Of a stretch of DNA of 64,000 nt, positions 31,650 through 42,089 are shown piece by piece. Every line of letters starts with the position of its first letter. Position 1 is the first letter of the stretch. The position numbers were made by a program, and so were the translations under genes. The notes under the pieces were generated by a model that worked only from the letters and a program-made list of their open reading frames with translations, did not search any database and was not told the origin of the DNA. This stretch comes from an uncultured Verrucomicrobiae bacterium (GTDB taxonomy: Bacteria > Verrucomicrobiota > Verrucomicrobiia > Limisphaerales > UBA11358), in assembly GCA_963755515.1 (NCBI GenBank), contig CAVWKA010000003.1, positions 4,418 through 68,417 of the forward strand, in the 5' to 3' direction.

Positions 31650-33298
31650 GGCCACCGCGCGCGTCTTCGAGTCCAAGGGTTTGGCGATGGTTTCCTTATT
31701 GTTTAATCGCGGTTTTGCTGGCGCTGGCCGGAGGCTCGCGTGTTTTCACGGCGGCTCCGCGGGAAGATGACAGCGCCTTGTGGCGTCCGCGTCTGGCCAC
31801 GCCCGCCATCGTGGCGCTGGACAGCGCGGCGGACCGGCAGTTCACGGCGGAAGTCAAGGCGTCGCCCGGCGCAGGCGATTGGAGCGCCACCATTGCCAAT
31901 GATTTAAAAAGCTGGCCCTGTAAAATCGTGTCGGCGACCTACTCAAAAATCAACAACGGAACTGAACCGGGCTGGCAGGTCAAGATCAGCGTACCGGCCA
32001 ACGCCTCGCCCGAACTTTTCACTTTGACCGTGGCCTGCGACGAGGGCGCCAGCGTGCAACCGCAGGCGGTGAGCGTCATCGAAAATTTCGCCACGGACTT
32101 TTATATCCTGCACATCACCGACGAGCAGATCGTGAATCAATATCATACGGATCCATCCGGGCAGTATTATCACATGGTGGGGACGTGGGAGGAAATGAAG
32201 TGGATGCAGGGGCCGGTAAATCTCATCAACCCGCGCTTTGTGGTGATTACGGGGGACCAGATTGATTTCAACGGCGCGCTGGACGGCTGGAACAATTGGG
32301 CGAACTGGGGTTTTGTGCCGCACGGCAAAAAGATCTTTTCATTCCAGGAAACCACCAATCTCGAACTTCGCTTGAGCGAGATGTACAAGGATTGCCATAA
32401 AGGATACCGCGTTGCCTATGTGGAGACACCGGGCAATCACGACGTCACACCGCCGGGAAAATTGCTGACCGGCTCGACGATTGACTGGCATCCAATCTCG
32501 GTCCGTCTATACGAACAGGAATTCGGCCAGCGCGACTGGTCCTTCCGCATGGGTGATTTTTACGTGCTCATGCACGATTGGAGCGATGCCGCGCTCCGGG
32601 AATGGGCCGCGCGGGATTACGCGGCCGCCCTGAACGATCCGGGCATAACGTTTCGTCTCATTGGCCAGCATTATTACGCGAAATGGGGCGGCGCGCCGGA
32701 TGGAAATCATCCGTTTACGCCGGACCAATGTGATTTGATGCTGATTGGCCACGGGCACGTGACGAAAACCCTCCAGACATCGCCTTATTACATCTATGAA
32801 GAACGGGCGGCCTTCGTTTACGGCACGGCGGGATTCTTTAATTTTCGCCGCACCGCCGATGGCTGGTCCTGTGACCAAACGGGTGCGCCGCGCGATGAGC
32901 ATAAGGATGTCTGGGGGCTGTTCACCGCCAATGGCGTGACTAAAAAAGTCCGCGCCGATTGCCCGGACACCATGAATATCACAAACGATTCCGTCACCAT
33001 CACCAATGATTTGCCGGAGAATTTTTACGACGGCCGCGTGCGGTTTGTCCTGAACAGAGGGACCTACCCAACTGTCGAAAATGGAACGGTTTTGGCCGAA
33101 TACAATTGCGTCAAAAATACGCGTACGGCCATCCTCGTTCGGGTGAATATCCCCGCCAGCGGTTCCATCACGGTTCGAATTCCGGATGAATCCAACGCAA
33201 CGGCGGGGACGGCGCGGCTGGTTGGTCCGCAACAGAAACTCGCGGCAACGATGTCGCGGCGCGGCGCCGAGTCATCAACTAATAATCGCTCCACATAA
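31646..33298 (+). CDS. Calcineurin-like metallophosphoesterase
   Basis: Motifs VITGDQIDFNG (GDxxD), ETPGNHDV (GNHD) and LIGHGHV (GHxH). Motif I is atypical (HITDEQ rather than DxH). Signal peptide RWFPYCLIAVLLALAGG. ATG 31646 overlaps the upstream stop (ATGA). Confidence 0.75.
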   Translation: MRPPRASSSPRVWRWFPYCLIAVLLALAGGSRVFTAAPREDDSALWRPRLATPAIVALDSAADRQFTAEVKASPGAGDWSATIANDLKSWPCKIVSATYSKINNGTEPGWQVKISVPANASPELFTLTVACDEGASVQPQAVSVIENFATDFYILHITDEQIVNQYHTDPSGQYYHMVGTWEEMKWMQGPVNLINPRFVVITGDQIDFNGALDGWNNWANWGFVPHGKKIFSFQETTNLELRLSEMYKDCHKGYRVAYVETPGNHDVTPPGKLLTGSTIDWHPISVRLYEQEFGQRDWSFRMGDFYVLMHDWSDAALREWAARDYAAALNDPGITFRLIGQHYYAKWGGAPDGNHPFTPDQCDLMLIGHGHVTKTLQTSPYYIYEERAAFVYGTAGFFNFRRTADGWSCDQTGAPRDEHKDVWGLFTANGVTKKVRADCPDTMNITNDSVTITNDLPENFYDGRVRFVLNRGTYPTVENGTVLAEYNCVKNTRTAILVRVNIPASGSITVRIPDESNATAGTARLVGPQQKLAATMSRRGAESSTNNRST

Positions 33299-33305
33299 CC
33301 TTAAA

Positions 33306-35876
33306 ATGAAAGTCATCCTGCCATCCCTGTTCTTTGCCGCCCTGATTGCCGGCGCCACCGCGGCGGCTCCGCCCGCGACGCTTGAACTGCCCGGTCCCAA
33401 GGCCGACGGTTCGGTCCTGCTGCCGAACCAGTGGTCCCTGCGGCCCGCCGGGCGCCAGGTCGAATTGGGTGATTTTCCGGTCAATATTGCCGTTCATCCG
33501 GGCGGCCGTTTCGCTGCCGTCTTGCATTCCGGTTACGGCAAACATGAAATCCTTGTCGTGGATCTGAAGACGGGAAAAGTGGTTTCGCGCGCGCCATTAC
33601 ATGAATCATTCTATGGGCTGCAATTTTCAGCCGATGGCCGCCATCTCTATTGCAGCGGCGGCGGCGACGAAGTGATACATCTCTTCGATTTCCGGCACGG
33701 GCAATTGGTTCCCGAGCCGGATATCCGTTTGCGCGACGTGAGCGAGCGCGGCATCCCGTGTGGCCTCGCAATTTCAAAGGACGAACGGGAGTTATTTGTC
33801 GCAAATGTCTGGGGGCAGACCGTGTCGGAAGTCAATCTGTCCGCGCCCGCAAACCCGGCCGAAATTTTTTTCACGGCGGACGCCGCCATCGCCGCGCCCG
33901 TTTTTAAAAATCGCGGTCACGTGGATCCTTATCTGGCCGCTGTCCGGAAACGGGCTGAAGTTGCGCAGGACCCCACCAAACCGGATGCGCCGTTCCCCTA
34001 CGCTTGTGTCCTGGACGAACAGCACCATCGCCTGTACGTGAGCCTTTGGGCGCGGTCCTGCGTGGCGGTCGTGGATTTGCCCTCGCGCCAAATTGTGGCC
34101 CGCTGGCCAACCGGCGAGCACCCCAATGAAATGTTGCTGACAAAGTCCGCGCGCTACCTGTTCGTGGCCAACGCAAACCTGAACACCGTCACCGTGCTCG
34201 ACACTTCCACCGGCAAGACCGTCGAAACGCTGAACGCCGCTCTGAGTCCGGATGCCCTGCCTGGCTCCACTCCGAACAGCCTCGCGCTATCGCCCGACGG
34301 AACCAAGCTCTTCGTCGCCAATGCTTGCAACAACAATGTCGCGGTGTTTGATGTCAGTGTCGTTGGCAAAAGCCGCGCTCTCGGTTTCATTCCCGTCGGC
34401 TGGTATCCAACGTCCGTCCGCGTGACGCCAAACGGCAGAGAGCTTCTGGTGGCGAATGGAAAGGGCTTGGTTCCCCTCCCGGACCCGAACGGCCCCGAAC
34501 CCGGCAAACCGCATTACCGGGGAAGCCAATACATCGCCGGAATGTTTCACGGCGCCTTGAGCATCATTGATTTGCCGAAAGGAAAAAAATTTGCCCGACA
34601 ACTTGCCGCTTGGACGGCGCAAGCCTACCTCTGCACGCCCCAGCACAGCGTCGCGCCCGTTACCCCTTCGCCGGATAACCCGGTTCCCGCGCGCCCCGGT
34701 CTGCCAAGCCCGATTAAGTATTGCATCTATATCATCAAGGAAAATCGCACCTACGACCAGGTCCTCGGCGATATGAAGGAGGGCAACGGCGACCCGGACA
34801 TCTGCCTCTTCCCTCAAAACGTCACTCCTAATGAACACAAAATCGCCCGGGACTTTGTGTTGCTCGATAATTTTTACGTGGACGCGGAAGTCAGCGCCGA
34901 CGGGCATGAATGGTCCATGGGCGCTTACGCCTCCGACTTTGTGGAAAAAAACTGGCGCATGAGCTACGGCCACAACCAAATGGGAAAGTATCCCTATCCG
35001 GCTGAAGGCGGGTTCCCGGTTGCCTTTCCGGCCAACGGCTATATCTGGGACCGGGCGCGCGAAGCCGGCCTCAGTTATCGGAGTTACGGTGAATTTGTTC
35101 AGAACGGCAAAACCCCGGCCGACCCGGGTTACACGCGCGTCGCCGCCCTTCAAGGCCATTTCGACCCCGCCTACCGCGGTTTCGATACTGGCTACCCCGA
35201 TGTGAAACGGGCCGAACGGTTCATTTACGATTTGAAACAATACGAGGCCCAAGGCGAAATGCCGCGGCTCCAAATCGTGCGCTTGCCCAACGACCACACC
35301 TCCGGGACGGTGAATGGCGCGTTGACTCCAACGGCTCTCGTCGCCGATAACGACCAGGGAGTCGGAATGTTGGTCGCTGCCGTGAGCCACTCGAAGTTCT
35401 GGCCGCAAACCGCGATCTTTATTCTCGAAGACGATGCGCAAGACGGGCCGGACCACGTGGATGCGCATCGCAGCCCGGCATACATCGTCAGTCCCTACAC
35501 CCGCCGCGGCGTTGTGGATTCCACAATGTACTCCACGAGCAGCATGTTGCGCACCATGGAATTGATTCTCGGCCTTCAGCCGATGTCGCAGTTCGACGCG
35601 GCCGCCACGCCGATGTTCAACGCCTTTCAAGCCGCGCCGGATTTGCGGCCGTATGACCTCGTGCCGCCCCAGGTGGATTTGCACGAACGCAACACCGCCG
35701 CGTCCTGGGGAAGCGCCGCTTCGGACAAAATGGATTTCAGCAAGGAAGACGCCACCGATGAACAGCAACTCAACCAAATAATCTGGCACTCGGTCCGCGG
35801 CCCGAGCCTGCCGATGCCCGCGCCCATTCACGCCGCGTTTGTGTTTGGGCACTCACAGAAAGATGACGATGACTAA
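33306..35876 (+). CDS. Bifunctional-architecture protein: N-terminal YncE/YVTN-type beta-propeller plus C-terminal phosphoesterase-family (PLC/AcpA-like) domain
   Basis: Signal peptide MKVILPSLFFAALIAGATAAA. Propeller repeats (..GRHLYCSGGGDEVIHLFD.., ..ELFVANVWGQTVSEV.., ..LFVANANLNTVTVLD.., ..KLFVANACNNNVAVFD..). Phosphoesterase motifs YIIKENRTYDQVLGD, SADGHEWSMGA, LPNDHTSG, ILEDDAQDGPDHVDAHRS. Confidence 0.8.
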   Translation: MKVILPSLFFAALIAGATAAAPPATLELPGPKADGSVLLPNQWSLRPAGRQVELGDFPVNIAVHPGGRFAAVLHSGYGKHEILVVDLKTGKVVSRAPLHESFYGLQFSADGRHLYCSGGGDEVIHLFDFRHGQLVPEPDIRLRDVSERGIPCGLAISKDERELFVANVWGQTVSEVNLSAPANPAEIFFTADAAIAAPVFKNRGHVDPYLAAVRKRAEVAQDPTKPDAPFPYACVLDEQHHRLYVSLWARSCVAVVDLPSRQIVARWPTGEHPNEMLLTKSARYLFVANANLNTVTVLDTSTGKTVETLNAALSPDALPGSTPNSLALSPDGTKLFVANACNNNVAVFDVSVVGKSRALGFIPVGWYPTSVRVTPNGRELLVANGKGLVPLPDPNGPEPGKPHYRGSQYIAGMFHGALSIIDLPKGKKFARQLAAWTAQAYLCTPQHSVAPVTPSPDNPVPARPGLPSPIKYCIYIIKENRTYDQVLGDMKEGNGDPDICLFPQNVTPNEHKIARDFVLLDNFYVDAEVSADGHEWSMGAYASDFVEKNWRMSYGHNQMGKYPYPAEGGFPVAFPANGYIWDRAREAGLSYRSYGEFVQNGKTPADPGYTRVAALQGHFDPAYRGFDTGYPDVKRAERFIYDLKQYEAQGEMPRLQIVRLPNDHTSGTVNGALTPTALVADNDQGVGMLVAAVSHSKFWPQTAIFILEDDAQDGPDHVDAHRSPAYIVSPYTRRGVVDSTMYSTSSMLRTMELILGLQPMSQFDAAATPMFNAFQAAPDLRPYDLVPPQVDLHERNTAASWGSAASDKMDFSKEDATDEQQLNQIIWHSVRGPSLPMPAPIHAAFVFGHSQKDDDD

Positions 35877-38853
35877 ACTAAAATTCGCATGTGTTTATGC
35901 CGGCGCCCTTGCCGCCGCCTGCCTTGTTTCGGCGGAAGTGCCCGGCGAATTTCGGCCGCAGCCGGTGCTGCATCCGTTGGAACATGCCGGGGCCACTGGA
36001 ACAAACGTCCAGCCGCTGAATACCTATCCAGTTTCTCGCGCGCCCTTGGTGAACACCGCCGCGCGCAAACCGAAACTGGCGAACCCCGGTCAACCGGCGT
36101 TACGCGGCAACGAACTTGTTTTCAACGCGGGCTGGGAAATGGCCGAAGCGCCGGCGCTCAAGAACCCCGGCGGCGCCACGCTCTCCGAACCCGGCGTGGA
36201 CACGCGCGATTGGTATGACGCCACGGTGCCCGGCACGGTGCTGACGACGCTGGTCAATGAGGGAATCTATCCCGACCCGTACTATGGTTTGAACAATCTT
36301 TTGATCCCCGAAAGCCTGAATAAACAGGACTACTGGTACCGCACGGAATTCGTGGTGCCGAAAAAATTCTCCGGCCGCGAACTCACCCTCCAATTCAACG
36401 GCATCAATTACTACGCCGAAGTCTGGTTTAACGGCCAATACCTGGGCCATATCACCGGCGCGTTCATCCGCGGCAAGTTTGATGTGACGAAGCTGGCCAG
36501 GCCGGGTGATGAAAACGTGATTGCGGTGATGGTCGCGCCGCCGCCCGACCCTGGCATTCCCAGCGAGCAGTCCGTCAAATACGGTCCCGGCGATAACGGC
36601 GGCAAGATGTGTCTCGACGGTCCATCGTTTGAATGCACGGAAGGATGGGACTGGATTCCCGCGATTCGCGACCGGGACACCGGCATCTGGCAGGATGTGA
36701 TTTTGCGCGCGACCGGCCCGGTGATTCTCGGTGATCCGCAGGTCATCACGCTGTTGCCGTTGCCCGACACCTCGCGCGCGGATGTCACGGTCAACGCCGA
36801 ACTGCAAAACGCCTCCGACGCGGTCCAGCAGGGGACCTTGCGCGGCTCGTTTGAAGGCGTTTCCTTCGAGCAACCGGTGACCTTGCAACCCCGCGAAACC
36901 AAAACCGTCAGCTTCGCGCCGCAAGAGTTTCCGCAACTCACCGTCCAGCATCCGCGCTTGTGGTGGCCGAACGGCTATGGCAAACCCAATCTTTATCATT
37001 TGCAGTTGAGCTTCGTTACCGAGGACAATCAGGAGTCCGACCACGCGGCGACGCATTTCGGCATTCGCGAGTTGAGCTATGAATTTGAGGTAAAGAAACC
37101 GGACGGCACGCATGAGCGTGTCGAGTTCACGCCGTCATTGGCGCTTGGTGACAATGAAAAAATCATTGATAACCGCCGCGACACGATGGTTTGGGGCCTG
37201 GAAAACAAAGCCAAACGCGACGCCGCCGTCATCGCCGCGGGCGGCAAGCCTTCGGACAAGCCGTTCTGGTGGGGGCAACAGCAGGAAACCACCGTCGGCC
37301 TGTGGCCCGGCGCGGAAAATTCTCCCGCGCTCCGGGTGGTGGATGACACCAACATGGGACCGTATCTCGTTATCAAGGTGAACGGCCAAAAGATCGAATG
37401 CCTGGGCGGGGACTGGGGCATGGACGACGCCATGAAACGTGTTTCACGCGAGCGCCTCGAACCTTACATCCGCATGACCCGCGACGCGCACATGAACATG
37501 ATTCTCAACTGGGCCGGCCAAAGCACCTCGGACGCCCTGTATGATTTGTGCGACGAATACGGCATCCTGGTCTGGAACGATTTCTGGCGCAACACGGAGG
37601 CCTTCGATTACGCCCCGGTGGATTTCAATCTCTTCGCGAGCAATGCCGCGGATGTTCTCATGCGTGACCGCAATCATCCCAGCATCGCCCTTTGGTGCTC
37701 GGGCAACGAAGGGGTCTGCCCCGAACCATTGCATGAACGCTTGAACCAGCTTATTTACGAACTGGATGGCACCCGCTATTTTCAGCCCAATTCGCGCCTG
37801 ATCAATATGCGGAACAGCGGGCCATGGTCGAATTTGCCGCTGGACCAGTATTTCCACAATCTGAACCAGGGCTTCAGCACCGAAATCGGCGCCAGCTCGA
37901 TTCCCTCGGCGGAAACGATGCGCACGTTCATTCCCACGGCCGATTTGTGGCCTTACAATGACGTGTACGCCTATCACGATTTGCACTCGGAGGGCGCGGG
38001 CAGCAAAAGCTCCACCTTTAGCCGCATGGCCGCCCGTTATGGCGCGCCGCAAAACCTTGATGACCTCTGCCGGAAAGCCCAGATGTTGAACTACGAAACC
38101 ATTCGCGCCATCTACGAAGGGTTCAACAGCCGCATGTGGAATGATTGCAGCGGCGTGGTGATTTGGATGAGCCAGCCGTCGTGGCCCGATCTCCTTTGGA
38201 ATTTTTATTCCTGGGATTACGCTCCGGACGCCTGCCTCTTCGGCGCCATGAAAGGCGCCGAGCCGATCCATATCCAAATGAGCGTGCCGGAGTGCAAAGT
38301 GGACATCATCAACCACGGCGCCGAAGCGATAGACCACGCCACGGCAACGGCAACCATCTATAGCCTGTCCGGCCAACCCGAACAAAGCCGCAAAGAAAGT
38401 GTGGACGCCGGGGCGGACGCCTGCACCCATGCGTTCACGCTGGATTGGCCGGCGACGGGCGCGCACTTTGTCAAATTGGAATTGCGGGACAGCGCTGGCA
38501 AATTGCTTTCGCAGAACTTTTATTGGCACGCCCGCGAGGAATCACAGTTGCGGGAATTGAACTCCCTTCCGCAGACTCCCCTCCAGGGAGAGATGCGCGC
38601 GCGGCGCTCGGCGAAGGGATGGGTCGTTGATGGCCAGGTCACCAATGCCGGGAACACGCCGGCGGTGGAAGTGACGCTGGCCTTGCGTTCCGTCCGGACC
38701 GGCCAATACATCCTGCCGGTGTATTACGGCGACAATTATTTCTCGCTGTTGCCAGGTGAAACGCGCAAGTTCCACATCGAGTCCGGGGCCACTACGGAGA
38801 AACCGGAAGTGGGATTGACCGGCTGGAACATCCAGCCGTCCATCTTGCAATGA
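35863..38853 (+). CDS. Glycoside hydrolase family 2 (beta-mannosidase / exo-beta-D-glucosaminidase-like)
   Basis: GH2 sugar-binding N-domain (DWYDATVPGTVLTTLVNEGIYPDPYYGLNN..LQFNGINYYAEVWFNGQYLG), catalytic barrel (HPSIALWCSGNEG) and a long C-terminal beta-sandwich. The start overlaps the upstream gene's end. Confidence 0.8.
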   Translation: MTMTKLKFACVYAGALAAACLVSAEVPGEFRPQPVLHPLEHAGATGTNVQPLNTYPVSRAPLVNTAARKPKLANPGQPALRGNELVFNAGWEMAEAPALKNPGGATLSEPGVDTRDWYDATVPGTVLTTLVNEGIYPDPYYGLNNLLIPESLNKQDYWYRTEFVVPKKFSGRELTLQFNGINYYAEVWFNGQYLGHITGAFIRGKFDVTKLARPGDENVIAVMVAPPPDPGIPSEQSVKYGPGDNGGKMCLDGPSFECTEGWDWIPAIRDRDTGIWQDVILRATGPVILGDPQVITLLPLPDTSRADVTVNAELQNASDAVQQGTLRGSFEGVSFEQPVTLQPRETKTVSFAPQEFPQLTVQHPRLWWPNGYGKPNLYHLQLSFVTEDNQESDHAATHFGIRELSYEFEVKKPDGTHERVEFTPSLALGDNEKIIDNRRDTMVWGLENKAKRDAAVIAAGGKPSDKPFWWGQQQETTVGLWPGAENSPALRVVDDTNMGPYLVIKVNGQKIECLGGDWGMDDAMKRVSRERLEPYIRMTRDAHMNMILNWAGQSTSDALYDLCDEYGILVWNDFWRNTEAFDYAPVDFNLFASNAADVLMRDRNHPSIALWCSGNEGVCPEPLHERLNQLIYELDGTRYFQPNSRLINMRNSGPWSNLPLDQYFHNLNQGFSTEIGASSIPSAETMRTFIPTADLWPYNDVYAYHDLHSEGAGSKSSTFSRMAARYGAPQNLDDLCRKAQMLNYETIRAIYEGFNSRMWNDCSGVVIWMSQPSWPDLLWNFYSWDYAPDACLFGAMKGAEPIHIQMSVPECKVDIINHGAEAIDHATATATIYSLSGQPEQSRKESVDAGADACTHAFTLDWPATGAHFVKLELRDSAGKLLSQNFYWHAREESQLRELNSLPQTPLQGEMRARRSAKGWVVDGQVTNAGNTPAVEVTLALRSVRTGQYILPVYYGDNYFSLLPGETRKFHIESGATTEKPEVGLTGWNIQPSILQ

Positions 38854-41408
38854 GCCGTCGGAAAGAAAAATCAGACATGAAAATTCAATGGTTCATCGTC
38901 CTGTTTTTTGGCTGCTTGACCTTGGCCGCCCCGTCCCTATTTTCTGCGCCCGTTATGAGCAATACTGGTTGGTTTACCCTCGGCGCAATGCCCGCGCCAG
39001 CCTGGGACGGCAAAACGCTCTTGTTCCATGGCGCGCAAGGCACCCTCGCCATCACGCCGTTGTCCGACGATGTGATCCGCCTCCGGTTCACCACCCAACC
39101 CGCGTTTGGCCGCGACCACTCGTACGCCGTCGTCAACTACGATTTGGGCGCTCCGACGGTCAAAGCCAGCATCGGCTCGGATTCCGCCACGCTCGCCACC
39201 GCGTCGCTCAAAGTCATGGTGCAATATTCGCCCTTGCGGATTTCATTCGCGAATACCGCCGGTGAAATTTTGGATGCCGATGATCCGGCCCGTGGCATTT
39301 CAATGGCCGGGACGGAATTTCGCGTCGCCAAAAAACTCCGTGATGACGAACATGTTTATGGGTTTGGGGAGAAGACCGGTCGGCTCGACAAACGCGGCTG
39401 GCAACTTGGCGGCTACAACTATGTGATGTGGAATTCGGACACCCCGGCCTATGATTCGAGCACCGACCCGCTTTATGTGGACGTTCCGTTCTTCATGGTG
39501 ATGCGCCAGGGACAGGCCCACGGAATTTTTCTGGACAGCACTTGGCGAAGTTTTTTTGATGTTGGCCGCGAAGAGCCGGATTTGCTCACGTTCGGCGCCG
39601 ATGGCGGCGACCTCGATTATTACTTCATCAACGGGCCGGACCCGAAGCAGGTGATTGAGCGTTACACCGCGCTGACGGGACGGATGCCCTTGCCGCCGTT
39701 GTGGTCGCTCGGTTATCAGCAGTGCCGCTGGAGTTATTATCCGGAATCCCGCGTCCGGTTGCTGGCCGACACCTTTCGCGAAAAGCAAGTGCCCGCCGAC
39801 GGCCTGTGGCTCGATATCCACTACATGAAGGATTACATGCCCTTCACTTGGGACCCCGACCGGTTTCCAAATCCAAAGAAAATGATTTCGGATTTGAGCG
39901 CGCAGGGATTTCACCTCGTCACCATCCTGGATGGCCATCCGCCCGCGTTGAAAGGTTATGCGCCGTATGATTCCGGAATTGCCGGCAATCATTTCGTCAA
40001 AAATCCCGACGGGAGCGTTTATGAAGGCCCCGTCTGGCCATCGCAGGCCGGCGAACATCCGCTGAGCGTCTTCCCGGATTTCAGTTCGCCGTCCACGCGC
40101 GAATGGTGGGGTAATCTTTACAAGAGCCTGCTCGACGTCGGCGTCGCCGGCATTTGGAATGATATGGACGAGCCGTCTGTGTTCGACATGCCGAACGGGA
40201 CGATGCCTGCGGACGTGGTTTTCGACAATGAAGGCCAGCCGGCCTCCAGCCTCGAAATGCACAATACCTACGGCCAGCTCATGAGCCGTTCCACGTTTGA
40301 GGGCTTGAGCCGGTTGCAGCCGGATAAACGAGCATTTGTGCTCACGCGTTCCAGTTTCGCCGGGGGCCAGCGTTATGCCGCGGTTTGGACCGGCGATGCC
40401 ACCGCGGATTGGTCATCGCTCCGCCAATCCGTATCCATGCTGCTCGGCCTGGGAATTTCCGGGTTTCCGTTTGTCGGCAGTGACATCGGCGGATTCGCCC
40501 GCATGCCCTCGGCTGAACTTTGCACGCGCTGGCTGCAAGCCGCCGTTTTCAATCCCTTCATGCGCATGCACACCTCCATTGAGAACCCGGACAAGGAGCC
40601 GTGGTCGTTCGGCTGGCGCTACGCGGCCATCAACAAACGCGCCATCGAATTACGCTACGAACTCCTGCCTTACATCTACAACGCAATGCAACAGGCCAGC
40701 CAAACCGGCGTGCCGGCGTTGCGTCCGTTGTTCCTGGATTATCCCGGTGACGAACTCACGGCCAAGATTGATGATGAATTTTTGTTCGGCTCCGACTTGC
40801 TGGTGGCGCCGGTGCTATGGGAAGGGGTGGAACAACGCTCTGTCTATCTTCCACCCGGCGTATGGTTCGATTATTGGACTGGCCGGCGCTATTCCGGCAA
40901 TTCAACAATCGCCCTCCCGGTCACGATTGATTCCATCCCCATCTTCGTGCGCGGCGGCGGCTTTATTTTCCGCCAGCCCGTGGTGCAAAACACGGGTGAA
41001 ATGCCCGGCAACCCTTTGCGTGTCTTGATTGCGCCCGCCGCAAAATCCGAATCGTTCCTGTACGAAGATGACGGTGAAAGCATGGCCTATCGCAATGGCG
41101 ATTTCATGAAACGCGTCTTCCTTCAAAGCCGCGATGCGCAATCGCTCACCGTCGGGATTTCCGCGCCGAAAGGTCCTTACCGTCCCGCCCGGCGCGACCT
41201 GATTCTCGAAACATGGATGGACCGTGAACCCGGCACGGTGACGGAGCAGTCGGCCAACGGGGCGGCGAAGACATTGTCCCGAATGGGTCCCGATGATTTG
41301 GCCCGGTCGCCGTCCGGCTGGTCCTATTCCAACGGACTCTTGACGGTGAAGGACACGGACCATTTTGACGCGGTCAGTTACACAATTCAAGCCGGGCCGC
41401 TGAACTGA
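38850..41408 (+). CDS. Glycoside hydrolase family 31 (alpha-glucosidase/alpha-xylosidase-like)
   Basis: GH31 signatures GIWNDMDEPSVF (nucleophile Asp region) and AAVWTGDATADW (acid/base region). Signal peptide WFIVLFFGCLTLAAPSLFSA. ATGA overlap with the GH2 stop at 38850-38853. Confidence 0.9.
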   Translation: MSRRKEKSDMKIQWFIVLFFGCLTLAAPSLFSAPVMSNTGWFTLGAMPAPAWDGKTLLFHGAQGTLAITPLSDDVIRLRFTTQPAFGRDHSYAVVNYDLGAPTVKASIGSDSATLATASLKVMVQYSPLRISFANTAGEILDADDPARGISMAGTEFRVAKKLRDDEHVYGFGEKTGRLDKRGWQLGGYNYVMWNSDTPAYDSSTDPLYVDVPFFMVMRQGQAHGIFLDSTWRSFFDVGREEPDLLTFGADGGDLDYYFINGPDPKQVIERYTALTGRMPLPPLWSLGYQQCRWSYYPESRVRLLADTFREKQVPADGLWLDIHYMKDYMPFTWDPDRFPNPKKMISDLSAQGFHLVTILDGHPPALKGYAPYDSGIAGNHFVKNPDGSVYEGPVWPSQAGEHPLSVFPDFSSPSTREWWGNLYKSLLDVGVAGIWNDMDEPSVFDMPNGTMPADVVFDNEGQPASSLEMHNTYGQLMSRSTFEGLSRLQPDKRAFVLTRSSFAGGQRYAAVWTGDATADWSSLRQSVSMLLGLGISGFPFVGSDIGGFARMPSAELCTRWLQAAVFNPFMRMHTSIENPDKEPWSFGWRYAAINKRAIELRYELLPYIYNAMQQASQTGVPALRPLFLDYPGDELTAKIDDEFLFGSDLLVAPVLWEGVEQRSVYLPPGVWFDYWTGRRYSGNSTIALPVTIDSIPIFVRGGGFIFRQPVVQNTGEMPGNPLRVLIAPAAKSESFLYEDDGESMAYRNGDFMKRVFLQSRDAQSLTVGISAPKGPYRPARRDLILETWMDREPGTVTEQSANGAAKTLSRMGPDDLARSPSGWSYSNGLLTVKDTDHFDAVSYTIQAGPLN

Positions 41409-41437
41409 AAGCGCTTCATTGAAATGAATCCCCGCTC

Positions 41438-41748
41438 CCATAAGGTTTGTAGTTCCGCGTTCACGCGGTCCCTTTGTTTCTTCGCGTCCGTTGCATGAGA
41501 CCATGAGGTTTGTAGTTCCGCGTTCACGCGGCCCCTTTGTTTCTTCGTGTCCATTGCATGAGACCATGAGGTTTGTAGTTCCGCGTTCACGCGGCCCCTT
41601 TGTTTCTTCGCGTCCATTGCATGAGACCGTGAGGTCTGTAGTTCCGCGTTCACGCGGCCCCTTTTGTTTCTTCGCGTCCATTGCGTGAGACCATGAGGTT
41701 TGTAGTTCCGCGTTCACGCGGCCCCTTTGTTTCTTCGTTCCATTGGTG
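41438..41748. repeat. Tandem array of a 63-bp unit, about 4.9 copies, each with hairpin ccgcg-ttca-cgcgg
   Basis: Unit ccatgaggtttgtagttccgcgttcacgcggcccctttgtttcttcgcgtccattgcatgaga starts at ~41438, 41501, 41564, 41627 and 41690. The whole unit is conserved, so there are no spacers. Confidence 0.9.
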
Positions 41749-42089
41749 TTAAAAATTTCTGCTTTCTTCTTTCTGTTTTTCCCCCGTCCCGCGCAGCAGC
41801 CCCCTTTTTTAGCCTTCAGCCTTTTATTTGAGGGTAGCGCGGACATTCCTGTCTGCGGGTTCGCGGGACATTCCTGTCCCGTGTTTCTCTTTTTCGTTTC
41901 AGCCTTCCTCCTGTTCATAACCTGTTGCCTTCTTTTCTTCATTCTTCACTTTGCGTTCGCAGGCAAACAGGGCTTCTGGAAATCACTCGTTGTTCCCTTC
42001 CGGAATACGTCCCCTCCAAAGCGCCAGAGGGCCGGCGCAGTCCAAAAGCTGGCCCGAATTTCCGGCGGTCTCCACGCAGTCGCTTGTCG

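Noticed and set aside
41438-41748. Possible CRISPR array or repeat-protein gene (ORFs 40902..41942, 41387..41653, 41491..41688)
   Set aside because: The full 63-bp unit is conserved with no spacers. The ORFs are periodic translations of the repeat and extend antisense into the GH31 gene.
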